Counted from the first letter of the stretch, positions 15,061 through 22,996 are shown. The stretch: DNA of 64,000 nt from Collinsella sp. (GCA_036298675.1 JAXJIO010000031.1:21386-85385); one strand, 5' to 3'. The notes: generated by a model not told the origin, from the letters alone. Numbers and translations are program-made.

Positions 15061-15954
15061 CTAGAGCAGCGTAACGCTAAAGCTGCGCTCGTCCGTCTCG
15101 CCCGGCGCCAAGGTGATGGTGTTGACCTTGTGCTCGAAGACGTCGTCCTCGGTGTCCATGGTGGTGTGGCCGGTCCAGGGCTCGAGCGCCACAAACGGCG
15201 CGTCGTTGGCGGCAGACCACACGCCGATGTACTTAAAGCCCTCAAAGTCGATCTTGACGCCATGGCCCGACTTGCGACCGCGCAGCGTGAGCGTAGAGCC
15301 GGGAACGTCGGTGAACATAATGGCGTCGTTATCGAAGCTGCGATGCGTGATGGGCAGCACGTCCGAATTATCGGGCGCCTTATAGCTGCCCTCGAACGTC
15401 ATGAGGCCATCGGGCGTAATGATGGGAGCCTCGTTGGTCCACGCCTCGGTAAATGCCAGCTCGTAATCCTCGAACGCCTCGCCATCGGCACCGGGGGCAG
15501 GCACGTTAAACGCGGGGTGGCCACCCACCGAGAACGGCAGGTCCACGTCTCCGGTGTTGGCGACGGCAAAGGTCTGCGTGAGCGTAGCGTCGCCGGTGAG
15601 CGCATAGGTCATATTGAGCTTAAAGTGGAAGGGGAAGGCCTTGAGCGACTCGGGCGTGTCGGTGATCTCGTAGGTTACCGAGGAGCCATCCTCGGAGACC
15701 TCGACCAGCTTGTGCTCGACAATGCGCGCGATGCCGTGGCGTGCCATCTCGCAGGTGCCGGCCGCAGACGTTGCCGTGTTGTTGCGCAGCGAGCCCACGA
15801 TGGGGAACAGAATGGGCGCATGCTTGCCCCAAAAGGCGGAGTCGCCCTGCCACAGATACTCGTTGCCGTTGAGGGCAAGGCTCGTGAGCTGGGCACCCAT
15901 GGAATCGATGGCCGCGGTGAGGCCGCCGCGCTTGATGGTGGTGACGGTGGACAT
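15061..15954 (-). CDS. Aldose 1-epimerase family protein (LacX/GalM-like)
   Basis: 297 aa from the ATG at 15954 (SD GGAGGAAG). Mutarotase-like motifs are PILFPIVG, GGHPAFN and EPWTG. Confidence 0.85.
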   Translation of the reverse strand: MSTVTTIKRGGLTAAIDSMGAQLTSLALNGNEYLWQGDSAFWGKHAPILFPIVGSLRNNTATSAAGTCEMARHGIARIVEHKLVEVSEDGSSVTYEITDTPESLKAFPFHFKLNMTYALTGDATLTQTFAVANTGDVDLPFSVGGHPAFNVPAPGADGEAFEDYELAFTEAWTNEAPIITPDGLMTFEGSYKAPDNSDVLPITHRSFDNDAIMFTDVPGSTLTLRGRKSGHGVKIDFEGFKYIGVWSAANDAPFVALEPWTGHTTMDTEDDVFEHKVNTITLAPGETDERSFSVTLL

Positions 15955-16031
15955 GCTACTTCCTCCAAAAGTAAACAACAGTGTCGAGGGCTATTGTCCC
16001 ACTCTTGGCAGCGAGACGGGGCGGCAGGCGA

Positions 16032-16883
16032 TTATTGGGTGGCCACGTAGAGGTCAAACCCGCCCTGCGGCGTGCTGTCGACCGTATCGGGCGCCTGCGA
16101 GTTAAAGCTCACGGGAACCATGCGTTTTGAGGCGCGGAAGCACGTGCCGTCGGTGGCAACGGGCGCCTCATCGACCGTGAGCTCGTAGTCACCGGGCTTG
16201 AGTTCGATGCCGTCGCCAGCGGAGTTGACGTATTGGTACTCGTCGATTGTCTGGCCCTTGAGCGTGCGGCCCACGATGTGGATGAGCATCTGGCTGTCGC
16301 CGCGGGCGGTATCCCATGTCGCACCGTCCTTAACCTCGACCGACACATGCACCGAGCGCGTGCGGCTGAGCGATTGCTCGACAGACATCTCGACCTTGGC
16401 GGCATCTTCTCGCTGTTGTTCCACATGGCTCCAGACGCTGCCGATTGCCGAGCAGGCGATGACACCGGCCATAAAGGCGATGAGGATGGGGCCGAGTGGC
16501 GAGCGGCGGCCCGCGTCTTCCTCGCGAGACAGATTGGGGCGATGCGTGGGGGCGGGCGCCTGGGCACCCTGCGCGGGCACGTCGAGAATACTGAAAGACG
16601 CCGTGCTGTCGGGATCGATGGTGTGGCGCGGCTGCGGCGTCTTTGCCGGCGAGATCGACATGTCGGCCGGCTCGCCGAGCGTTGCCGTGGCGTCGGCCTT
16701 CGCCTCGTCGGCCTCGGCCTGGGCCCAAGCCTGCTCAAAGGTCAAAGGCTCGGCAGGGTCGGAGTCCGAATCGGAGACGGCGTCGGTATCGTCGCCCGAC
16801 ACGTCGCTCGGCAACGGCTCGTCCCACTCCTCGTCCGGAGCCTCACCCTCGCTATACCACCATTCAAAGTTATCGATATCCAT
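16032..16883 (-). CDS. Hypothetical single-pass membrane protein with an acidic N-terminal region
   Basis: 283-aa ORF with SD AAGGGG. The N-terminal tail is D/E-rich, there is one TM segment (PILIAFMAGVIACSAIGSVW), and the C-terminal domain of about 130 aa looks beta-rich. I recognise no family. Confidence 0.6.
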   Translation of the reverse strand: MDIDNFEWWYSEGEAPDEEWDEPLPSDVSGDDTDAVSDSDSDPAEPLTFEQAWAQAEADEAKADATATLGEPADMSISPAKTPQPRHTIDPDSTASFSILDVPAQGAQAPAPTHRPNLSREEDAGRRSPLGPILIAFMAGVIACSAIGSVWSHVEQQREDAAKVEMSVEQSLSRTRSVHVSVEVKDGATWDTARGDSQMLIHIVGRTLKGQTIDEYQYVNSAGDGIELKPGDYELTVDEAPVATDGTCFRASKRMVPVSFNSQAPDTVDSTPQGGFDLYVATQ

Positions 16884-16968
16884 ACGGGGCGCCCCTTAAG
16901 CCTCGCAAATAAACACTTGCTTGCCTTATACCCCCAGATGGCACGGGGGGCCGCCGACGCAGACAGGA

Positions 16969-17033
16969 AAACCGTCCCAACATTCGGCGTTTTTTCTCAT
17001 TTTTGAGATTTTCATCGAATGTTGGGACGGTTT
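16969..17033. repeat. 18-bp inverted repeat containing the TTGGGACGG motif
   Basis: AAACCGTCCCAACATTCG, a 29-nt T-rich loop, then CGAATGTTGGGACGGTTT. It lies between two minus-strand genes. Confidence 0.85.
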
Positions 17034-17042
17034 GGGCAGCGA

Positions 17043-17990
17043 TTACATGGCGAGGGCCGTGCGGATAGACGGGTCGCTGAGGGCCTCGCGGAGCCAGGGG
17101 GCTAGCTGCTCGGGATGACCTTGCAGGTAGCCATCGAGCTCGGAGAGGGCCACGCGGCGTACTTCCGATATTTCCTCTTGGTTGATGTGCAGCTCGCCCG
17201 GCTTAACACGGGCCAGGTAGACCTCGCACCATTCGCACTCACAGCGGCCGTCGCCGTGATCCTCGCGGTACACCACGTGCCCCAGATGCTTGAGCTCGTC
17301 CGGCTCGCGCATGATGCCGAGCTCTTCGTTGATGCGACGCGCCGTCGCGGCGGCGACGCCCTCCCCCGGGAGCGGATGGCCGGCGCAGCTATCGGCCAGC
17401 ACCCCGCCCCACAGGCGCTTGAGCGGGCTGCGGCGACAGAGCAGCAGGCGCATGTTTTCGCCCTGGCCCTCGACCAGAAGCGTCAGGAATGCTTGGTGCA
17501 GGATACCCTCGCCGGTATGAGCTTTGATGCGATCGACGGGAGCGAGCGCTTTGCCCGTCGCGGCATCGACCGCCACGACCTCGGCACCCGCACCGCCCTC
17601 ATCCCAGCCGGCGCGCAAGATGCGGGCCGCGGTTTCTTCGAGCGCGACGATGAGCTCCTTCGTGGTATTGAGCACGCGCTGCAAGTCGTCCTTGCTCGCC
17701 TGTTCAACATGAAAACCCATGCTTGCGGTTACCGGCACACCAAAGCGCGTAGCGAGCGCCGCCGCAATGTCGTGCGCCGGGATCTCGTCGCGATGGCACG
17801 GAACGGCAAGGATGCTCACAGTCGCCGTGCGTCCGGGCTCGGGACGCGGAATGGCCTGCGCCGTGGCGCCCAGGTGTGCGAACTCCGGCGAGCAGGCGTA
17901 CACCGCCATGCCTCGCGGCGTCACCGTCAGCTGGGCCTCGAGCGTAAACTTGCCCTCGCCCACTGCAACCTTTGTCGTGTGCATACCCAT
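17043..17990 (-). CDS. Fusion protein: LpdD-like (prenylated-flavin chaperone-like) N-domain plus type-1 isopentenyl-diphosphate isomerase-like Nudix C-domain
   Basis: The start was set to the ATG at 17990 (SD AGGAG, 5-nt spacer).
- N-domain: AHLGATAQ...CHRDEIPAHDIAAALATRFGVPVTASMGFHVEQASKDDL resembles my memory of L. plantarum LpdD.
- C-domain: ILHQAF...CRRSPLKRLWGGVLADSCAGHPLPGEGVAAATARRINEELGI plus CECEW matches the IDI-1 catalytic Cys/Glu and Nudix-box pattern. Confidence 0.6.
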   Translation of the reverse strand: MGMHTTKVAVGEGKFTLEAQLTVTPRGMAVYACSPEFAHLGATAQAIPRPEPGRTATVSILAVPCHRDEIPAHDIAAALATRFGVPVTASMGFHVEQASKDDLQRVLNTTKELIVALEETAARILRAGWDEGGAGAEVVAVDAATGKALAPVDRIKAHTGEGILHQAFLTLLVEGQGENMRLLLCRRSPLKRLWGGVLADSCAGHPLPGEGVAAATARRINEELGIMREPDELKHLGHVVYREDHGDGRCECEWCEVYLARVKPGELHINQEEISEVRRVALSELDGYLQGHPEQLAPWLREALSDPSIRTALAM

Positions 17991-18136
17991 GGGATCTCCT
18001 GTCGCCCGCGATGTACCTGAGACCATCTTCGCCTGTATTGCGACTATACAGGCAAGCGCAGACCGTGACAAAGGCGCTGCTTCTTGTCGTATTCTGCTAG
18101 AGTTGCAGAGACTGAATCTAGCTCATATAACGCAAC

Positions 18137-19387
18137 ATGGGAGCAACCGCCTTGACCACCGCAACCTCGTCCACAACAGCATCAACCGCTGCCGCGCTTT
18201 CCCCCGCGCGCACCAACCTCTGCCTAGCGCTGCTCGTGTTGTTAGGCTTTTCGCTCGGCTGCTCGGAGTTCGTGGTCATCGGCATCGAGAGCGACCTGGC
18301 GACGGAGCTCGGCATCTCACTTGCCACCGCAGGCCAACTCATCAGCGTGTTCGCGCTCGTCTACGCCATCGCAACGCCGGCGCTTGCGCTCAGCACGGGA
18401 CGCTTCCGCCGTTACCAGTTACTCGTGTGCTACAGCATTGTCTTTGTACTCGGTAATCTTGTCATGGCGTTGGCGCCCAACTTCCAAGTGCTGTTTGCCT
18501 CGCGCATCATCTTGGGCTCCGTCTCGGGCGCACTGCTCGCCGTGGGCGTGACGTATATCCCCGAGCTGCTGTCCCCGCAGCAGACCTCACTCGCTATCTC
18601 GGTGGTGTACGGCGCATTCTCCGTGGCGATGGTCTTTGTGACCTCGATCGGCAAGTTTGTGGCCGACACGCTCGACTGGCACGTTGCCATGTACGGCACG
18701 CTGACCTTCGCCGTTCTGATCTGCGCCGCGCTCGTGGCGTTTATGCCGCGCGCCGGACAAACCGACGAGCCTGCCACCTTCCGCGAGCAGGCGGGGCTTC
18801 TGCGCGAGCCAAGCATCATCACCGGCATGCTCATCTTCTTGTTTGGCGTGGGCTCGGTCTATGTGTTCTACGGCTACGTGACGCCCTATCTGGAGCAGGT
18901 GCTGGGCATGGGCACCGTTCAGGCGAGCACCACCCTTATGGCCTACGGCGTGTTCTGCCTGATCTCGAACATCCTGGGCGGATGGATCGATGCGCGCTTT
19001 GGCATGAAGGCGCTGCTCGTGACGTTTGTGCTCCAGGCCGCGGCTCTGTTTGGGCTGTTTGCCGTTGGCGGCACCATGCCCCTCGCGCTTGCCTTTGTCT
19101 TTAGTCTGGCGATGCTCATGTATCTGTTCTCGGTCTCGTGCATCACGCACTTTATGGACGTGGCCCGCAGCCGCCACCCCAAATCGATGGTGCTCGCGAG
19201 CTCGGTGGAGCCCATGGCGTTTAACGTCGGCATCTCGTTTGGCACCGCGGTGGGCGGCGCCGTGGTAAGCGGGATTGGCATTGCCTACGTGGGCGCGGTT
19301 GGCGCCGCATTCTCGCTCGTAGCCTGGATACTCACGCTAGTGACGATTAAGTTGGCACGTTGGGAGCGCAAGCGGGCGCAGGCGTAG
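18137..19387 (+). CDS. MFS transporter (DHA1 / sugar-efflux-like, 12 TM)
   Basis: 416-aa hydrophobic ORF with an MFS layout, including a GR(F/L)R-type loop (STGRFRR). Confidence 0.85.
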   Translation: MGATALTTATSSTTASTAAALSPARTNLCLALLVLLGFSLGCSEFVVIGIESDLATELGISLATAGQLISVFALVYAIATPALALSTGRFRRYQLLVCYSIVFVLGNLVMALAPNFQVLFASRIILGSVSGALLAVGVTYIPELLSPQQTSLAISVVYGAFSVAMVFVTSIGKFVADTLDWHVAMYGTLTFAVLICAALVAFMPRAGQTDEPATFREQAGLLREPSIITGMLIFLFGVGSVYVFYGYVTPYLEQVLGMGTVQASTTLMAYGVFCLISNILGGWIDARFGMKALLVTFVLQAAALFGLFAVGGTMPLALAFVFSLAMLMYLFSVSCITHFMDVARSRHPKSMVLASSVEPMAFNVGISFGTAVGGAVVSGIGIAYVGAVGAAFSLVAWILTLVTIKLARWERKRAQA

Positions 19388-19438
19388 GCGCAGATACGAT
19401 ACTCGAGCTTGATTATGGCGATCGAAAGGAAACCGCAT

Positions 19439-19885
19439 ATGCAACGCGTACTGTTTATCTGTCACGGCAATATCTGTCGCTCGACGATGGCCGAGTCGGT
19501 GTTTACCGAGCTGGTGCGGCGCGCCGGGCGCGCGGGCGAGTTTGTCATTGATTCCGCTGCGACCTCGACCGAGGAGATTGGCAACCCGCCACATCACGGT
19601 ACCGTTGCCAAGCTACGCGAGGTCGGGATTCCCGTCGTCGCACATCGCGCACGTCAGGTGCGTCGCGCGGAGTATGGCGACTGGGACCATATTGTCTATA
19701 TGGATGCTGAGAACGCGCGTTGCCTGCGTCGCATCTTTGGCGACGACCCCGACGGCAAGATTACGCGCTTGCTCGATTGGACTGATCGCCCCGGCGACGT
19801 GGCCGATCCCTGGTACACCGGCAATTTCGATGCCACCTACCGCGACGTGATCGCCGGCTGCACCGCCATGCTCGAGCAGCTGTAG
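19439..19885 (+). CDS. Low-molecular-weight protein-tyrosine phosphatase
   Basis: MQRVLFICHGNICRSTMAE carries the CX5R(S/T) P-loop, and a DP loop (DVADPWY) is present. The start was set to the ATG at 19439 after GAAAGGAAA. Confidence 0.9.
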   Translation: MQRVLFICHGNICRSTMAESVFTELVRRAGRAGEFVIDSAATSTEEIGNPPHHGTVAKLREVGIPVVAHRARQVRRAEYGDWDHIVYMDAENARCLRRIFGDDPDGKITRLLDWTDRPGDVADPWYTGNFDATYRDVIAGCTAMLEQL

Positions 19886-19910
19886 GTTCGTGGGCGCACG
19901 AACCGCGCCC

Positions 19911-19934
19911 TAAACGGGAGAAAATCCACGCTCA
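19911..19934. repeat. Single AAACGGGAGAnnATCCACGCTCA repeat unit
   Basis: Near-identical to 15008-15030 (AAACGGGAGATTATCCACGCTCA). Confidence 0.8.
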
Positions 19935-19936
19935 TG

Positions 19937-19968
19937 AATGTGACAAAGGGACTACCCCTTTGCCACAT
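19937..19968. repeat. Imperfect copy of the GTGACAAAGGGAC palindrome family
   Basis: AATGTGACAAAGGGACTACCCCTTTGCCACAT lies between the convergent phosphatase and ATPase genes. Confidence 0.85.
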
Positions 19969-19980
19969 CCGGGACTGGCC

Positions 19981-21342
19981 CTAGACCGGCTTGACCTCCA
20001 GCTTTATCCCTTCGGCGCAGGAGTCGCCCAAAACATCCGAAAGGGCCCAGGTCGCATATAGCGGCAAATAGAGAACCGCTCCGTTGCGCTCAACGTTGCC
20101 TCTCGAGAAAACAATCCCGAGCCTTACGCCGTATTCAGCCGTATCAAGCACATGACCGAGCGCAGCGTGCGCGTGGTAATAGGAGCCCGATTTAACCTCG
20201 ATCGGAACAGCCGTCCCATCCGGTCCATCGACCACAAAGTCCACTTCGCCGCGCTTTTTTGTCTGATAGTAGTAAAGCTGGCGATTTTGGGCAGCTAGCT
20301 GCTGGGCCACCACGTTTTCGTAAATGCCGCCCAGATTGGGCTCTTTGCTATCAAGATACGCCGCTTGGGCGACTCCAACGGGGTAGCGCGCCATCAACAT
20401 GCCCGTATCCGATTGATATAGCTTGAACTGCGATGGCCGTGCCGTCTTGAGCAGGGGCGATTTTGGCTCGGTTACGATATCGGCTTTGAGAGCAACGCCG
20501 GCATCGACAAGCCATACAAAATCTCGCTGATACTTCTCGTAGTGAGCCTTGGGGTCAATGGAATTGAGCACGAAGCGCTTGTTTTCGCCCTCGAGCATAA
20601 TAGGGAGCTGATCGTAGATGCTCTGCACCTGCAGGGCTCGCCCGCTTGCATACTTGGAGATATCCCGCCGGTACTGTTCGTTGAGCTCTGACTGCAGCTG
20701 ACGAACAGAGGCAAGGTCGCCCTGCGTGTCAAGGAAACGCTGCACGACCTCCGGCATTCCGCCGACAACGGTATAGGTCCTGAAGTTTGCCATCATCGCG
20801 TCATGAATGTAATCAGGAATGGGCCTCTCGCTGATACACGCGTCACGTATCGTTTGGCGAGCCCCCTCGCTCACCCCGGTTGCCCAGCAAAACTCCTCAA
20901 AATCGAGCGGGAACATCCTAAGCTCGTGGACATACCCCACGGGATAGGACCTGACGCCCTTGAACTGGGTCCCGAGCATTGACCCCGAAAACGCCCAGCG
21001 GCACCTCCCGTCCTCTACAAGGAACTTTGCCATCGTCATGATGTCGGGGGCCTCTTGGACCTCATCGATAAACACGAGCGTTTTGCCTGGTGCAATCGAC
21101 TTTCCCGAAAGAAGCGTCACCCTGCTGATGAAATCATCGGCATTCCGCGCCTCGAGAAGAGCATCTTTTGCCTGGCGATTTTCCATGAGATTGAGCTCGA
21201 TGTAGGTTGCATGGCTGGCTTTGCCAAATGCGCGAATCGAATAGCTTTTGCCGATCTGGCGAGAACCCGTGATGAATAAGGCCTTTTGCTCGGCAGACTT
21301 CAGCCAACGCTCCAGCTCTGCCGCTATTTTCCTGCGCAGCAT
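19981..21342 (-). CDS. AAA+ ATPase with C-terminal DUF4143 / PD-(D/E)xK-like domain (second paralog)
   Basis: Walker A is GSRQIGKS and Walker B is LVFIDEVQ. The C-terminal motif is EVDFVV...VPIEVKSG. The start was set to the ATG at 21342 (SD GAGGGGAG); the longest ORF starts with TTG at 21366. Confidence 0.85.
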   Translation of the reverse strand: MLRRKIAAELERWLKSAEQKALFITGSRQIGKSYSIRAFGKASHATYIELNLMENRQAKDALLEARNADDFISRVTLLSGKSIAPGKTLVFIDEVQEAPDIMTMAKFLVEDGRCRWAFSGSMLGTQFKGVRSYPVGYVHELRMFPLDFEEFCWATGVSEGARQTIRDACISERPIPDYIHDAMMANFRTYTVVGGMPEVVQRFLDTQGDLASVRQLQSELNEQYRRDISKYASGRALQVQSIYDQLPIMLEGENKRFVLNSIDPKAHYEKYQRDFVWLVDAGVALKADIVTEPKSPLLKTARPSQFKLYQSDTGMLMARYPVGVAQAAYLDSKEPNLGGIYENVVAQQLAAQNRQLYYYQTKKRGEVDFVVDGPDGTAVPIEVKSGSYYHAHAALGHVLDTAEYGVRLGIVFSRGNVERNGAVLYLPLYATWALSDVLGDSCAEGIKLEVKPV

Positions 21343-21366
21343 AGGCTCTCCCCTCAGTGTCATCAA

Positions 21367-21445
21367 ATGAAATGCAAAGTTTTATGCGCTTAATTATCGA
21401 TGAAATGTAGGATTTTTAGAACCTAAAATCGGATGAAATGCAGAG
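21367..21445 (-). repeat. Three direct repeats ATGAAATG(C/T)A with exact 33-bp phasing upstream of the second ATPase gene
   Basis: Repeat starts read at 21367, 21400 and 21433. A TATAAT-like box (minus strand) lies at 21453-21458, just upstream. Confidence 0.88.
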
Positions 21446-21484
21446 ATTTAGGATTATAAGCAAAAAGAAGGGGCAGCCCCGGCG

Positions 21485-21517
21485 AATGTGACAAAGGGAC
21501 TGTCCCTTTGTCACATT
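21485..21517. repeat. 33-bp perfect palindrome AATGTGACAAAGGGAC-T-GTCCCTTTGTCACATT
   Basis: Read directly. It lies 9 nt 3' of the stop of the 21526-21855 gene. Confidence 0.95.
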
Positions 21518-21525
21518 GCGCTCGA

Positions 21526-21855
21526 CTACTCGTCGACGATCTCGGCAAGCCAGACGTTCAGCGTATCGACCTCGGGGCAGCAGAACTTTGCCGTACCAGG
21601 CTCGTTGCCAGGCACGGTTCCGCCATAGCGCAGGATATCGATATAGGGAAAGCCCACATGGCAGGCCATGGCGCACATCTTGCCGCGGTCGCGGTCGAAG
21701 TCGAAGACGTCACCCGGCTTGTGCCCGTGATGGCAGCGGCATGTGCCCAGCTGGTCCACGCAGCTAATACGAATACGTGGGCGCCTGCCGCGCGGGGCAC
21801 CGAGCGGCTTGTTCTCGCCCGCCGCCTCGGTGCTGCTCTCGTCGGCGTTACTCAT
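21526..21855 (-). CDS. Small Cys/His-rich protein, TIGR04076-like (family assignment from memory)
   Basis: 109 aa from the ATG at 21855. Motifs are CRCHHGHKPGDVFDF...CAMACHVGFPYIDILRYGG...FCCP. The start overlaps the pdxK stop in the sequence ATGAGTAA. Confidence 0.6.
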   Translation of the reverse strand: MSNADESSTEAAGENKPLGAPRGRRPRIRISCVDQLGTCRCHHGHKPGDVFDFDRDRGKMCAMACHVGFPYIDILRYGGTVPGNEPGTAKFCCPEVDTLNVWLAEIVDE

Positions 21856-22672
21856 GGTCAATCACATCCAGGCAGGCCTCGATGGGAAGGCCAGCGGACT
21901 TATCCTCCTGGTCGGCATTGCGCTCGATGAGCTCCGCTACCACACGCATGGCATCGCTCGTCGCGCGCTGCAGGCTCCAACCGGCCATAACGCGGCCGAC
22001 AAGCACCGCCGAGAACGTGTCGCCCGTGCCCGGGAAGTAGACCGGAATCAGCTCGAAGGGAATCGTGAAGTACTCCCCCGCCACATGGTCGTAACCGATG
22101 ACGACATTCGCACCGTCGACCACAGCGCTCGTAATGACCACCGACTTGGCGCCCAGGGCACGCACGGCATCCACAAGAACGCGGCCCTCATCGGGCGTGA
22201 TTTGCTCGGCAATGGGCGTATCGGTGAGCAGGCACGCCTCGGTGTAGTTTGGTACCGCATAGTCGGCGCACTCGAGTAGGCTGCGCATGAGACCGATCGT
22301 GGACTCGGGCACGCCGGCGTAAAGCTTGCCGTTGTCGCCCATGATGGGGTCGACGAACACCTTGGTGCCCTTTTGCGCACGGCGGTGGCAAAAGTCCGAG
22401 ATGATGCGCGTCTCTTCCTCGGTCACGATAAAGCCGGTCGAGATAGCGTCGAACTCAAACCCGAGCTCCTCCCAGATAGCGAGGCTCTGGCGCACGTACT
22501 CGGTGGTGTCATGGATGTAGAACTTGGGATAGTTGAGCGTATCGGACACCAGCGCCGTCGGCAGGTTGTGGATGCGATAGCCCATGTGCGACAGCACCGG
22601 CAGCATGGCGGAGAGCGCGACCTTGCCGTAGCCGCACATATCGTTGATCAGCAGCAGCTGAGTGTTCTTCAT
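21848..22672 (-). CDS. pdxK: Pyridoxal/pyridoxamine kinase
   Basis: MKNTQLLLINDMCGYGKVALSAMLPVLSHMG is a typical PdxK N-terminus, and GTGDTFSA is the ribokinase-family anion hole. The ATG at 22672 follows AAGGGGGA. Confidence 0.88.
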   Translation of the reverse strand: MKNTQLLLINDMCGYGKVALSAMLPVLSHMGYRIHNLPTALVSDTLNYPKFYIHDTTEYVRQSLAIWEELGFEFDAISTGFIVTEEETRIISDFCHRRAQKGTKVFVDPIMGDNGKLYAGVPESTIGLMRSLLECADYAVPNYTEACLLTDTPIAEQITPDEGRVLVDAVRALGAKSVVITSAVVDGANVVIGYDHVAGEYFTIPFELIPVYFPGTGDTFSAVLVGRVMAGWSLQRATSDAMRVVAELIERNADQEDKSAGLPIEACLDVIDHE

Positions 22673-22811
22673 GAGAGTCCCCCTTGGGTCGGGCGCGGCA
22701 CGATGGCGCCATAGTGCAACTAAGTGTAGCGCAGGGGACGTTGTGAACGGGCGCTGGCGCCGCGGAGGCCACATTGTTGCGGAAAGGTTACGGGAAGGAG
22801 GAAGTTAGTCA

Positions 22812-22855
22812 TTGGGGACGTTCTTGTTTGACTAGTCATTTAAGAACGTCCCCAA
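22812..22855. repeat. 14-bp inverted repeat TTGGGGACGTTCTT / AAGAACGTCCCCAA
   Basis: Read directly in the pdxK-marR divergent region. Each arm is preceded by the direct repeat TAGTCATT. Confidence 0.85.
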
Positions 22856-22888
22856 CGACTATCGCAGGTTGAGGACGGACAGCGAAAG

Positions 22889-22980
22889 CGTTCCTAAGCG
22901 AGCAAGGTGACGTGAAAGAGGAGGGCATAGGCCTTGTGGCCATGCCCGACGATTGAACGTCAGATTGCCGCTTAGGAACG
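22889..22980. repeat. Imperfect long hairpin of about 92 nt (possible structured RNA or MITE remnant)
   Basis: The outer stem is CGTTCCTAAGCG/CGCTTAGGAACG. Inner pairings are GACGT/ACGTC and GGGCAT(A)GGCC-ttgt-GGCCATGCCC. Confidence 0.7.
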
Positions 22981-22996
22981 CTTGCAGCGTCGAGCG

